DNA of 64,000 nucleotides from Rebecca billardiae RCC1528 (Eukaryota > Protista > Haptophyta), in the NCBI GenBank assembly GCA_965240325.2, contig OZ251225.1:1116001-1180000 (forward strand), given 5' to 3'. Below, piece after piece: positions 35,157 through 46,606 of the stretch; position 1 is the stretch's first letter; every line of letters starts with the position of its first letter. The position numbers and the translations under genes were made by a program. The notes under the pieces are model-generated. The model worked only from the letters and a program-made list of their open reading frames with translations, was not told the DNA's origin and did not search any database.

Positions 35157-36374
35157 TCACATATCCAGGAGATCCATGCAGGCGGTCACAGCTGATGAGC
35201 CTGATGGACCCGCCTGATCACCCTGACGACATTGATGATGAGGAGGCGGAGGATGTGATGATGAGAAAGCTGCGATTCCGGCGGTGTGCTGCGCACGGCG
35301 ATCTGCGTCGTTGGATCGTGGTGGTTGGCAAGAAGCAGCATGCCCACGCGGCCCGAGGCCGAAAGGTAGTGTCGCCTCACGCGCGCCGGCATCTGCCGTA
35401 GGCACCGAAGTGTGACGGGGCATCTCGCCTTCTCGATGCGGCGGCTCGTGCCCACACTCCACGTGCGGCCTCCGGCTGTCGCTCCTCGACCACAGCACGC
35501 TTGTGGCCCCGCCATTGGCAGTCTCGCTCAACGCGGCTGCGAGACCGTGCCCCACGCGCTCCTGACTGCCCGCTGCCCCGCCTGAGCGCTGCTCAGGGAT
35601 CGGCTCCTCATCGTCGTCACTGCTCAGCCTGCCCTGCGAAGACACATCTTCGAGCGCGGTGTCGAGCGCGCACGTCGCGTCGGCGATCGTCGCTTCTGCG
35701 TCACGGATCCTCCGCTTTTCAGCGTTGAGCACAGTGACAAATCGGCGCAGGAGCGCCGGCTCAAGCTGATCAAGGCGCTCGCCAGCGGCGCTCAGGAGGC
35801 CCTCGGCCGCGGCGAGCGCGCGCTGGGTTCGGGAGATGAACGTGCGCACATCGCGAGCGCCTGCGAGCTGTTCACGCAACACGGCCTCCGTGTGGCTGCA
35901 CATCTCCCGGTAGGCGTTTTCGTCGCGAGATAGCCGCGCGTGGCCGCTCACGAACTCCTCCATCCCATCAAGTTTGCACTTGCGCTTCCACTGGAGCTCT
36001 CTGCCACTCCCATACTCGCGCAGTGTGAATGCGGTGCTCTCCTCCTCCATGGATTCACGCGTGAGAGCGGCGAAAAGCTTGAGCTCAGAGTTCAGCTTGT
36101 TCTCGCAAGCAAGCTTCTCGAGCTCTGCGATGGATACGGTGCCCTTCCATCCGTCGAGCCCGTCAGAGATTCGGATGTGCATTCGCGTGCAGCTCGATTC
36201 GTCCCCGTCGACCCACCATGTCTGCAGCAGCATCGGATGTCGCTCAGCTTGGGGCGATCGCAGCATCTGTACGCATCGAGCAGGCGGCTGATAGCTAGCC
36301 ACGTCCGCGTGTGCGCCCATCGCATCCGTCGCGTGCTGCCAGTCGAGACGCTTGCCCGCTTCGGCGTCACCCAT
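35157..36374 (-). CDS. XRCC4: DNA repair protein XRCC4-like (intronless)
   Basis: Head motif IRISDGLDGWKGTVS (cf. LTDG..AW.GTVS) and ligase-IV-binding coiled coil LEPALLRRFVTVLNAEKRRIR (cf. LY.RF..VLNEKK.KIR). The start could alternatively be the ATG at 36320. Confidence 0.85.
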   Translation of the reverse strand: MGDAEAGKRLDWQHATDAMGAHADVASYQPPARCVQMLRSPQAERHPMLLQTWWVDGDESSCTRMHIRISDGLDGWKGTVSIAELEKLACENKLNSELKLFAALTRESMEEESTAFTLREYGSGRELQWKRKCKLDGMEEFVSGHARLSRDENAYREMCSHTEAVLREQLAGARDVRTFISRTQRALAAAEGLLSAAGERLDQLEPALLRRFVTVLNAEKRRIRDAEATIADATCALDTALEDVSSQGRLSSDDDEEPIPEQRSGGAAGSQERVGHGLAAALSETANGGATSVLWSRSDSRRPHVECGHEPPHREGEMPRHTSVPTADAGAREATLPFGLGPRGHAASCQPPRSNDADRRAQHTAGIAAFSSSHPPPPHHQCRQGDQAGPSGSSAVTACMDLLDM

Positions 36375-36522
36375 GCCGCGGACCACCCTTCCGCTTGGTC
36401 CAAGGAAGGTCCCTTGCTTCAGCTGCAAGCTTGGTCTCGGTACTGGTACGGCCCTCCGCTTGGTCTCGGCAGCACCTTTCCACGCCCATTCTACAATTCG
36501 CCCAACCGGATTGCTCATCACG

Positions 36523-37299
36523 ATGGCTGACGAGGAGGCATTTGTGCTCAGGTTGCCTCGCTCGCTCGCGGCCCGCGTCGAGGAGCTCATGGCGCTACCT
36601 GACGCGACGCAGGAGATGGCAGTTGATATCCAATTCGTCGAGCAGCCTGGGTACGAGCCTGGCCGCGCCGCGCGCGTTCGTATCGGCGTGGACTACTTCC
36701 CCGCCATCCTTATGGACTTGCCCACTGTTGTCGAGGCGCACAAGTCGACAGATGGCATCAATTACTACAAGACCGGGCACGTTGGCCAGGTACTGGTGGT
36801 GAGCGAGATGATGATGAGCTCGCCACCCCCATCTTCCTACTCGCTGCCCGACGGCCTCACGCCGCCGACACGCGGCATCCGTGCGCACTGGGACCGCTAC
36901 TGTCCGCTCGACGCAACCCTGGCAAGCGTGCATGAAGTGGAGAACGTCGAGGCGAGGCTGAAACAGATTGCCGACGGACAGACCACGCCGGCCGCTGGGT
37001 TCGAGTCCATCGCGGATGGAGCCATGTCCGGCGACGAAGCCCTGCTGGAGGAGGATGGCAACGAGGTTGCAGGCGCAGCAGGAAGGGCAGTAGCTGATGC
37101 GGATGGCGACACTGCTCAGCTGAACCGGCCTGCTGGCCGGGCCACCGCTGGCTCTGCCTCCGACGAGCCTCGACGCGCTGAGCAGGGCCAGGGAGCACCC
37201 GTCGCGTTTTCCGATCTCTTCGGAGATGCGTCAGACAATTCGGATGCTGAGGAGGCGTCGGACCAGGAGTCACAGACACAAGCTCCGCTGCTGCCATAG
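36523..37299 (+). CDS. TAF7: TFIID subunit 7 (TAFII55 N-terminal domain)
   Basis: Motifs EEAFVLRLP, LMDLPTVVEAHKS.D...YYKTG.VGQVLVV and DGLTPP; acidic tail. Confidence 0.92.
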   Translation: MADEEAFVLRLPRSLAARVEELMALPDATQEMAVDIQFVEQPGYEPGRAARVRIGVDYFPAILMDLPTVVEAHKSTDGINYYKTGHVGQVLVVSEMMMSSPPPSSYSLPDGLTPPTRGIRAHWDRYCPLDATLASVHEVENVEARLKQIADGQTTPAAGFESIADGAMSGDEALLEEDGNEVAGAAGRAVADADGDTAQLNRPAGRATAGSASDEPRRAEQGQGAPVAFSDLFGDASDNSDAEEASDQESQTQAPLLP

Positions 37300-37649
37300 A
37301 CGGCCCGGCGGCCATAGCGCCGATTAGCGCGCATCATAGGCGGGTTGATAGGATGAGATGATATATTATTATTATAGCAGCTTCTCAAACTTATACCATT
37401 GGCTCCTGCTACTGCGCGATAGATTAAGAAGTACGCCGATAGCACGCGGCACGCGAGAGTGACTCGAGACTGAAGATTCGCGCGGTTGGCTGTTTCGGCG
37501 CCCCTTACCCGGTCACGGTCTCACCTATGACGTCGGACTCCGTCGGTTAAGTACTGTTACTCATCATCATACTCACTCCAATCATCGATACGGGCGATAA
37601 TGACCGTGGCGGCACCGCGGCCGCCGCAGGCGCTCGGAGTTCAGACACC

Positions 37650-38349
37650 TCACGGCACTGCATCGTAGTGTTGTGGCAGTTTCGACAGGAATGGCATGAG
37701 GTTCATCTGGCGCGAAAGTCTGATCGCCCGCTTGAGCTTGCGCTGTTGCTTCGCGGTGACGCCTGTGCGATAGCGCGGGAGGATTGAGCCTGTCTCGGAG
37801 ACAAACCGGCTCAACAGCGCAACGTTCTGGTGGGGAGAAGGGCGCGGGGGCCGCTCGGGGGTGAGTCGTGCGTGTCCCATGGATCGGTGGAAGATCTCTG
37901 ACGCATGGGAGCGCACGCACCGTGTAGCAGATCTCGGAATCAGGTAGGCCATGCAACGGGTTTCGAGGCTTGGCACGCACTCTCACTGACGGCAACGCAT
38001 CAATGGCATCCTCTTCGGCATCATCGTCTTCCTGCGCTGAGTCGCCTGAGTCTATGGGCATCTGCGCGTCGGACAAAAGTTTTGCGACGTCGTCTGGTTT
38101 GAGCATCTTTCCGAATCGCGCCCATCGGACGAGCTTCTTGGGGGTGTCCAGCGAGTCTGCGCCGCTCGAGTCTGTGCGATTGCCTGCCTGTGGATGCGCT
38201 TCTTCACCAAGGGACGTGGTCGACAACGAGCGCGAGACAGCTGGGCGGTACTCAGCGCCAGTGATGAGACCAGCCCGCCCACGCGCTCGACCCGCAGCGT
38301 GCCAGCACAAGCCATATTGTGGGTAGCGCGAGAGGGCACTGCGCAGCAT
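37650..38349 (-). CDS. Organellar (probably mitochondrial) ribosomal protein S18; exons 38349-37921 and 37826-37650
   Basis: Core ICYT/NVALLSRFVSETGSILPRYRTGVTAKQQRKLKRAIRLSRQMNLMP; Arg/Ser-rich presequence MLRSALSR; 94-nt intron. Confidence 0.9.
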
Positions 38350-40316
38350 GGCTGTCCCCAGCGTCGTCGTCGTCGCAAGCGCTGAATTTGGGGTGGCCGG
38401 ACCAGCTCTCGACCGAGGGTCCGGTGTTTTTGCGCTGAAGATCGGGCTCGCGCTTGAGACGATGGCGGCGCTGGTTCCCCCGCGGCCCGGCCAAGCGTGC
38501 GTTGTGCGTGCCACGTGCCTTCGTGCTAAGGTCCGTGCTCAATCCAACCGCGACGGCAGGCGGACGCGGTGGCGCGGCGTCCGCGCCGCTCCCGGCCTGG
38601 TTGCGGGCTTGGTCAGCCCAGAGCGCACCGGTTGCGCTCGCCACGCGGTGGCATGGTGGCCAAGCTTGCGGGCCGGCGTGGGGCGTCTGCTTCGGAGTAG
38701 GCGCGCCGCGAGCAGCGAAGCGCCGACCGCCCTAGGCAGGGTGCCGCTCGTGCAGTCGGCGGCCGAGTCCCAGTCGGGAGTGACGAGCGTCCGAGCAGTC
38801 CGTAGACGTCACGGTCGGCCGCGCCGACACGAGTCACGCGCGGTGCGCTCGGCGCGATGGCCCCCGCTTAGGCGGATATCATGAGATGGCCGGATGGGTG
38901 ATGAAGACTACTGCTATGAAGGCCAGCCATTGCGCCGCAGGCGCGCTCTGCAGAGCTCTGGGACCACTTCCTGCACTGCGACGGCCTGCCCGGGCCCGCG
39001 GCGCGCGCCTGCCGCAGCACCCAACGGGCCTGCTCAATCGGGGTGCGAGCACCCCCCCCTCTGCAGCCCGCCAGCCTGAGCTTGAGCAGATTGCACACAC
39101 CCCCTGCTGCCCATCAGCCCTTCGAGCAGGGTGCACCCCCCCCCCCCCCCCCCCCCCCCCCGCCCCCACAGAAGGACATGGGGGGGTGCTTCAACATGAC
39201 TGCAGTATCAGAACCAACGTAGACACTGTAGAGTGTAGTTGGGGGCCCACGGTCACCGCAGTGCAGCTCGGTTGGCCTATGCCCAGTGAGCCCGCACCCG
39301 CTCCGCGACGTCCCGGACGCGGGACGCCGGGACGGCCGGACCGCGGACGCAGCAGGCACTGGCAGACTTAGTTTCCGGCTGCGGGGGCATCAGTCCGATC
39401 ACGTGGCGCGGACTCGCCGCTCGGCAGCTGGCAGCCTGTGCGGCCCTGCTCGTGTATATCAGTAGCTATCACTACTTATAATAAATCAGGCAGTCAGAGT
39501 GAGTCGGGCAATGCCAATGGCATCTGTCGTGCCCACCTGGCCACCCAATGGCAATGACCCATTGACATTGTCAGCGCCAGAGCTCGTCACTCCTGTCAAA
39601 GTCACTGAGTGAGTGACTGAGTGAGAGCCGCCGCTCACGAGTGAGTCACGGTCAGCGACGCGCCCCCGCGCGCGGAGGCGCGGGGCCAGCGAGAATCGCG
39701 CGCTGCCACCGGTTATTGACCGGGCCGCCCGGCCGGCGGGTCGGGCCACTCGACCGCCACCGGCCACCGCCACTCCGAAGGCGTGGGCAGTCGCCGGCGC
39801 GGTCGGCCGGCCGGCGATGGGGCGCGGCGATGGCCGGGTCCGCGGCACCTGCGGTCCTGCCCTGCAGCCCTGAGCCCTGGCTGCTGGCAGCGCTGCGTCC
39901 GATGAGTCCCTGGTGGCTGGTGACACCGCCGTCGGTACGACGCGCGGCCCGTATCCGCCCTACGCTGGGTCAATGTCATGGCGGATCGACTTATTGTCTT
40001 ATAGTGTCTTAGACTCGACGACTAGTTACTAGTAGTAGCTACTCTGTACTGGCGGACAATAGCCGCTAGCGACTCGGACTCTGTGTCACTCTGACTCTGT
40101 CGACTGTCTCTCTCCGTGAGACTGACTAGTGACTAGTGAGACTGAGTGGCCCGACTCCGAAGACCGAACTCCGAAAACTCATCCTAATTCCGCCTGGGAG
40201 TTCGGATCATCAATTCGGATTGACTGCGCGGTGCGCCTGTGGGACTCGGACAATACAGCGGCGTTGATTGATCGGGTAATGGCGAGGGAGTCGGCGGCCG
40301 AGATGTACATAGCAGC

Positions 40317-41684
40317 CTATCCTCCTGAGTGGAGGTACCACGCGAAGATGAGCTGGAGCCCAGCCAGCGCGAAGATGCAGTAGTTTTGCTTCATCACCTC
40401 TGGAGTCAGCGTCGCCGATCCACGGATCTCCGTCAGCGTTTTCAGCACGAAAAAGCCTGCGCGCCAGATTCCGGGCCGCGACCGACGTGGGCGCGGGCGC
40501 AGGGTTGAGCAATCCGCCAGCGCGCAATGCAGCATTCATTTCTGACGTGGGCCGTGCGGCGTGACGCGGCCGCGCACCTGTGCACATGGCTGTGTAGAGA
40601 CTGACGACGCGGTGCAGCAACGTCGGCACAACCAAGCCCACCATCATGTTCACAACCACCGCGACAAACTTGTACCCAGAGTACGCGAGGAGGTCGAGCA
40701 CGGCCGCGCCCGGTGAATGTGCGGACGAGGGGAAGAGGTAGAACGTCGCCTTCATCAGCGTCACCTCGAGAAGCACGACGCCGAGCCCCTTCGACGCGGT
40801 CAGCCCGAATACCTCGGGCGTGAACCGCCCCTGCTGTCCGAGGTGGTACGCGATGAGCAGGATGTACGTGACGAACGCCATCGTGGGCAGGTAGAGGTCT
40901 GGTGCGTTGATGTCGTGCCTTGGCTCGCAAAAGCTGCCCGTGCCCGTGAGCGCACGCGTCCAGCCCTGCGCACGGCACGGGCAGCGTGAGCCGTGTGCGC
41001 GGGGGCGGAGCAGGGCGGGCGAGTGCGTGAGCACGACAGGCTCGCGCCCGAGCACGACGCGCTCACGTTCGGTGTGCGAACGGGCCGGCATCGCAGGCGA
41101 TGGCCGGCCGGCGGGCGGCGCTCGACCTTGTGCCGAAACGGCAAGAGCAACACGCGGATCTTGTTGAGAACGTACGAGTTGTTGAGCTGGAAGTAGTAGC
41201 GCAGGCTGTCGACTGGCATGTAGCGATTGATCTGCCATTGCGCCGAGCATCGGTGCGCGCGGGGTCAGGCTGAGCATGCAGCAGGTTGGCCCGCGTGCGC
41301 AACGCGGCTGCTGGGCCGAGCAAACGCGCGCACGTTTGCATTGAGCTTGCCTGCCATCTGCTGGCCGTAGTCCATGGCGATGTTGGTTGCCATCCCCTGC
41401 ATGTTCTGCATCGTGGCCGCGTCCAGCTGCACACTCCCACCGAAGCCGCCCATGCCACCGGCAGGCGGTGGCTGCTGCCCGTACCCACCGCCTGGAGGCG
41501 GCGGTTGCCCGTAGGCACCTGCACCACCATCTCCCCATCCACCGGGCTGCCCGTAGCCCGCGGCTTGCTGGTTCCAGCCCCCATTCGTCTGCGGTGGCAT
41601 GCCCCCGGGGACGCCGCCTCCAGCCCAGCCCTGGCCACCACCGCCTTGCCACTGCGGCTGCGGCTGCTGCTGCCAAGACGACAT
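40317..41684 (-). CDS. YIF1: YIF1 (Yip1-interacting factor, ER-Golgi membrane protein); exons 41684-41334, 41231-41127, 40965-40578, 40456-40317
   Basis: Motifs LRYYFQLNNSYVLNKIRVLLLPFRHK, PRHDINAPDLYLPTMAFVTYILL, GRFTPEVFG and DLLAYSGYKFV; three GT-AG introns. Confidence 0.95.
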
Positions 41685-41807
41685 CCTGAAAAGGCCGCCG
41701 ACGACAGCCCTCCGCGCCTTGCCGGTCCGTCTCGTTGGGATCCGGACACGCGAAAAGCCGACGATGAAAACCAAACCAAAAAGGCAGGCCTTCTGTGCCG
41801 GGGGTGG

Positions 41808-41986
41808 GTGGCACTGGGTTACCAATATGAAAATCAATAGCAAACCCAGTGCCAGGCGGGTAGCAGTGGCACTGGGTCCCCATATGTCATCATAGAAGAA
41901 GTGGCACTGGGTTCATAGAAGGGTGGCACTGGGTCACTTAGAGGTGGCACTGGGTTCGAATAGAGGTGGCACTGGGTTCAATAGAG
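41808..41986. repeat. Array of GTGGCACTGGGT 12-mers (six direct copies, one inverted)
   Basis: Direct copies at 41808, 41866, 41901, 41923, 41944 and 41966; inverted copy at 41844-41854. Confidence 0.92.
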
Positions 41987-44900
41987 AAGCCGCTCGCTCA
42001 TACCAAACACCAGTCTCCAGATATGGACGAAAGTTGCGACGGTTCGCGAAGCGCACCGGCCCTCGCGGCCCGGTTGTGGCACGACGCGTCAACGCATCAT
42101 GTCTTTCGTCAGCCACGCTCGTGCGGGTTCCGCGGCCTGCGGGCGTTCCAGCGGCTTGATATCCCGATGCGATGCGATGCATCGTGAGCAGGGAGCTCTG
42201 CTCAACCCTTTCCGATGGCAGGATCGTCTCCTCCATCCGCTCCTCGCAGTGGCCACGCGGCCGGGTCGCAGCGCGCGCTCTCGCACGGGCGGGTGACGAT
42301 GATTCGGGTGTTCCGACACCCCCATCGTCTGGCGTCTTCGCGAGTCAGGCGAGCGCTCGCCACTCTCGCATACATTTCACGTCTTGCATCGAGCTCGCCG
42401 TGTGTGGGTCGCCTGAAGCTGCGAGCGATCTTGTGGCCACTGCTACGCTCACGCCGCCAATCTGCATCGTTGTGCGGTGGTCGAGGTGCGGCCGAGCGCG
42501 CTTCAACGAGGTCAATCATCTCAACATCACAACGCCCCGCCGGGATATGCTGCCTGGGCATAACGGCGAAACGCAATCGGCTGCTGCGCACCGTCAGCTG
42601 CTGCTGCCATTTGGCGCTCACCTGCGTAGTTGTTCTCCATCTCATTGTCGTCGCGACGTAGCAGTGCAGAGTGCTGCAGTGCTCTCAAGTCCTGCTTTGC
42701 CGGCGCCGTGTTATCGTCGTCATCACGCTTCAGCTTCTGATCGGCTGATCGGCATCATGTGCCACATGGCACGGCGCCGACTGGCGACTGCGCCGCAGCG
42801 CCGGCAGCATCGAGACTCGAGTGTGAGCACGCTCCAGACTCACTGATAGAATCATACTCAGTCAAATTTACTCAGAAGTATTAGTACGGATAGAGATTAG
42901 AGGGCCGCGCGTCACGGCCGGAGCCGCTGCTTCATGTGCACCTCTCGACAGTTTGGCAGTGACAGTGATGGCACTGCCGATGTCAGCAGCCAATGCAAGT
43001 TCTAAGTCTCAGGACAGGGCAGTGCATGCTGGCAGTGCGGCGTGAGTCGCTGTGCTAATGGCGCAGCGGATGGCACTGCGTGAGCGGAGCGCGGCCGGGA
43101 CGCTGTCGCTTACAGCAACCCGCCTGCATCGCCCCCTCACGCCGTCTGTCGCCATGACGGTGCCAGTCCAAGCGATGCGGCTGGTGGCGGTGGGTCGAGT
43201 GTTACAGCCGATGACTGCGCTGGCGGCGGCGCTCCTCGCCAACACCTCGGCGACGCTCAACCTGGATTATGTGTGCCCACGGCGCACGGGCGCAGCGACG
43301 CGTGCTGCGCGCGGTGTGTATCATCGCGGCGGAGGGGGAGAGAGCCGCGCGCGCGGAGCAGCACCCGCGTGCGGCGCCGCAGCAGTGGCGCCACAGCAGT
43401 GGCCGTCGCGCGAGGTTGCGGCCGTGGCCGGCGCGTGTGCCTGGCCGCGCGCACCGCCCCACTCACACTGCTGACAGTGCGTGTGGCAGGTGTGGCCGGG
43501 TGCGTGGCCGTGTGCCGCGTGGGCGTGGGCGCGCGCGCAATCACTAATCAGGCAGGCCGCAGGGACTGTGCTGGCGTAGCAGTGGTAAGCAGCGGTGACT
43601 GCGGTGAGGCGCGCGGTAAGTACCGTTGTGGCGTGGGCTGACGGTGAGTGACACCTCCGCCGACCGCCGGTGCGGCCCGCGTGAGAGTGATAACCGCATA
43701 TTCACATCCTCCAATTCCTCCCTCTCTCTTTCCTTTCTCCCTCTTTTTCCCTCCCTCTTCTCCCCCTTCTTCCTCCCTCTTCCTCCCTCTCTCTTTCCCT
43801 TTTCGCGCCGTCGCAAAGTTAAAAATGGAGTCCACCCCCGTTATAAGGGGCCTGCCACCAAAAAGGGAAGCAAAACCGTTCGAACAGCATGTCGCCGCCG
43901 CGGCGCACGCGCAAGGACACGCCGCAGGAGGACCTGGGCGTGATATGCCGCGATCTCGCGCGCGAGGCGTTGCGCGTGAGGAGCATAGAGGGGGGGGGGG
44001 GGGTAGTTTTGGGGTGCCCTCAACTGCCAAAACCACCCCTCGCGGAGAGGCTTCGGGACGGACGCAGGATGGGCAGGCCCTCGCCCTCGCCGGCGGGGAC
44101 AAGCCGGAGGACGCCCGTGTCGGTAAGGCACCCGCTGGGGCCGGGTTGCCGCGGCCGCACATGCTCGCGCAAGGCGCGTTTGAAAATGACCCCAAACCCT
44201 CGAACCACCGCTCACGGCTCACGGCTCACGCCGTTACGGAGGCGTCGGACGGGACGACGGTCACGCGCCGCACATGTGCCCGGTGCCGCGACTATTAAGC
44301 CGCTCCGGCTCGACGGGCGTCACCGGCCAACCCGTCGGCCACAAGATGCCCACTTTCGCCCGTTCATCGGCCAGTGGCCGACTACGACGACTAAATGATT
44401 AAAGGATGACGACGATATATTCATCAACTTATATATTCATATACTTTATAATTTATTATAAATTTCTTTTTCGCGCGGCGCAATATTATGCCGCCTGGCC
44501 GCCCTGACCCGGCGACTGGCGACTCGAATTCGGACGGGCAGAACTCACCGCGGGTACCGCGCGTACTGCGGTCGACCCCAACGAGGTCGGCTCGGACGGC
44601 TCGTCGACGACTGACTCTACTCTGATTTCTCGTAATATGGGCATGATGATCTCGTCGCAGCAGTAAATAATAAGCTGACTGCAGCCGACTACTGTGCTGC
44701 GGCAGCCACCGCTCGTCCGCTCGCCGCGAGGCTGCCGCAGTCGCTGCGTCGGCCGCCAGCCCCGAGACTCGATGGCGCTGCTGGGCAGTGCAAACGCGAG
44801 CCGTGGCTGAGAGCCAGAGGTAGTCAGGTACTAAGTAGGGGTCTTCGGGGCGCGGGCGTGGGCGCGGTCGCGGGCGCGGGTGCGGCCGCTGACTCGCCCT

Positions 44901-45214
44901 CGGAATCTCACCGGGCTCGCCGCCTGCACCTCGCGTCCTTCACTCCGGCCGGGACGGCGCGCGCAGATAGCTACATTTACAATAGAATATAGATTCATGA
45001 GTCGTAGTCTGAATATTATCGTATAATCAGATATCAACACACACACACACGACCCACCTGCCACGCTCGGTCAGAGACCACCACTGGGGGTCAACAAGTC
45101 CGCACCAGTTGGGTCGGCCGAGCCCCGGGGCCGCCCTCTCGGACTACGACCGTGCAGAGTCGGACAGTGCTGCAGCCCGCGTGGCGTGCGCACGCGGCCA
45201 CGCGCAGGCGAGAT

Positions 45215-45461
45215 TACAGTTTGCTAAGAATAAGAGACGCACACAGCTCAGGCAGGCGAGATTGACGCCCGCCAACTGTCACCGCCCATGACTAGCCGTC
45301 GCCGATGGTAGCGCCGCCGGAAGATTCGTTCAGCCGTCCGCCTGAGGCGAGGCCTGGATGAGACTCATGAGGGCTGCGGCCGTCCGCCGTCAGCCTCGCG
45401 GCGCGCCAGCGCCCGTCGTCCTCGCCCGACCGTCGTCCACAAAACGTCGTCGTCCGAACTC
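45215..45461 (+). mobile_element. Truncated copy (one end) of the Tc1/mariner-like MITE
   Basis: TA plus TIR, then internal sequence that aligns with ~53990-54110 (CACCGCCCATG...GGCCTGGATGAG...GTCCACAAAACGTCGTCGTC). Confidence 0.8.
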
Positions 45462-46007
45462 GTACTGCTTGATTCACGTCATAGCCGATAGCGCCGGCAC
45501 ATTAAATGATTAATCACGCAATAATAGGATCCTGCTAGTTCTGTATGATAATCATTCAGACGGCAGAGCAAGACTCAGAGTCAGAGACAGAGTTACGAGT
45601 GAGACGCGAACCTAGGGCTAAGTGCTGCTCCGACTGATCCGCACACACGACCGCGCTGCGCCCCAACCGATGCGGGCTCTTCTGGGCGCCTCGGTGATGG
45701 CGGATCATATAGCTATCATACTTAGACTTGGAATGCTGCCCGTCGTCCGCCTGTCGCCACGTGTCCGACGTCGACATTGTGATTGAGCTGCCACGGTGGG
45801 ACAGCACTCGACACGGGCGTGACCCTGGACATGGAGCGATGGGGTCGGTGACGCGGTGTCGATCGAGATGACGACGACCACAGAGACGCCCCGGGCATGC
45901 GCACCCCGCCGTCGACCCGCGGTCGCAGGGCGGCGGCTGCCTGTGCGCAGCGGCAGCTCAGGGCCCTCACGTCGTTCTTGACGCCTCGGCTCATGTGCCG
46001 CGCGCAC

Positions 46008-46395
46008 TCAGTCCTGGTTGACTGGCACAAAATCGTCCGACGGGAGCATGTCGTGGGGCGTAGGGATATCGCCCTCATGCCAGTCAAAGCGCCGGCGCTG
46101 CGCGTCACGAAGCGTGCGAGACGCAGCGAAAGGGCGGGGAAGGGTGTGTCGTGGTTTGGCTGGTTAGGCCGCTGCGGGTGCTGACGGCGTGACGCGCGTG
46201 TGCCGCGGTTGCGCGTGGTACGGATGCGCACGCGCGCAGCCGCGAGGTGGACGCACCCAGACTTTGCACAGGACACGGTTGCACTTCGGTGGAGAAGGTG
46301 GCGGAGGCGGCGAGGGCGGCGGCGAGGGCGGCGGCGAGGGAAGCGGCGGCGGCGGCGAGCGGAAGATGGGCGGCGGCGGCGAGGGCGGCGGCGAG

Positions 46396-46428
<33 letters not shown>

Positions 46429-46467
46429 GAGGGTGGGGGGGGCGGTGGCGGCGAGGGCGGCGGCGAG

Positions 46468-46500
<33 letters not shown>

Positions 46501-46575
46501 GAGGGTGGGGGGGGCGGTGGCGGCGAGGGTGGTGGCGTGGGTGGGGGCGGCGGCGGCGGCGACGGCGGCGGGGAG

Positions 46576-46606
<31 letters not shown>

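Noticed and set aside
41808-41986. Repeat array as a CRISPR
   Set aside because: Repeats are 12 bp, most spacers are ~10 bp and similar to one another, there are no cas genes, and the context is eukaryotic.
42000-44400. ORFs of 100-220 aa and a CT-rich tract
   Set aside because: No family motifs and inconsistent frames; likely degenerate repeat DNA.
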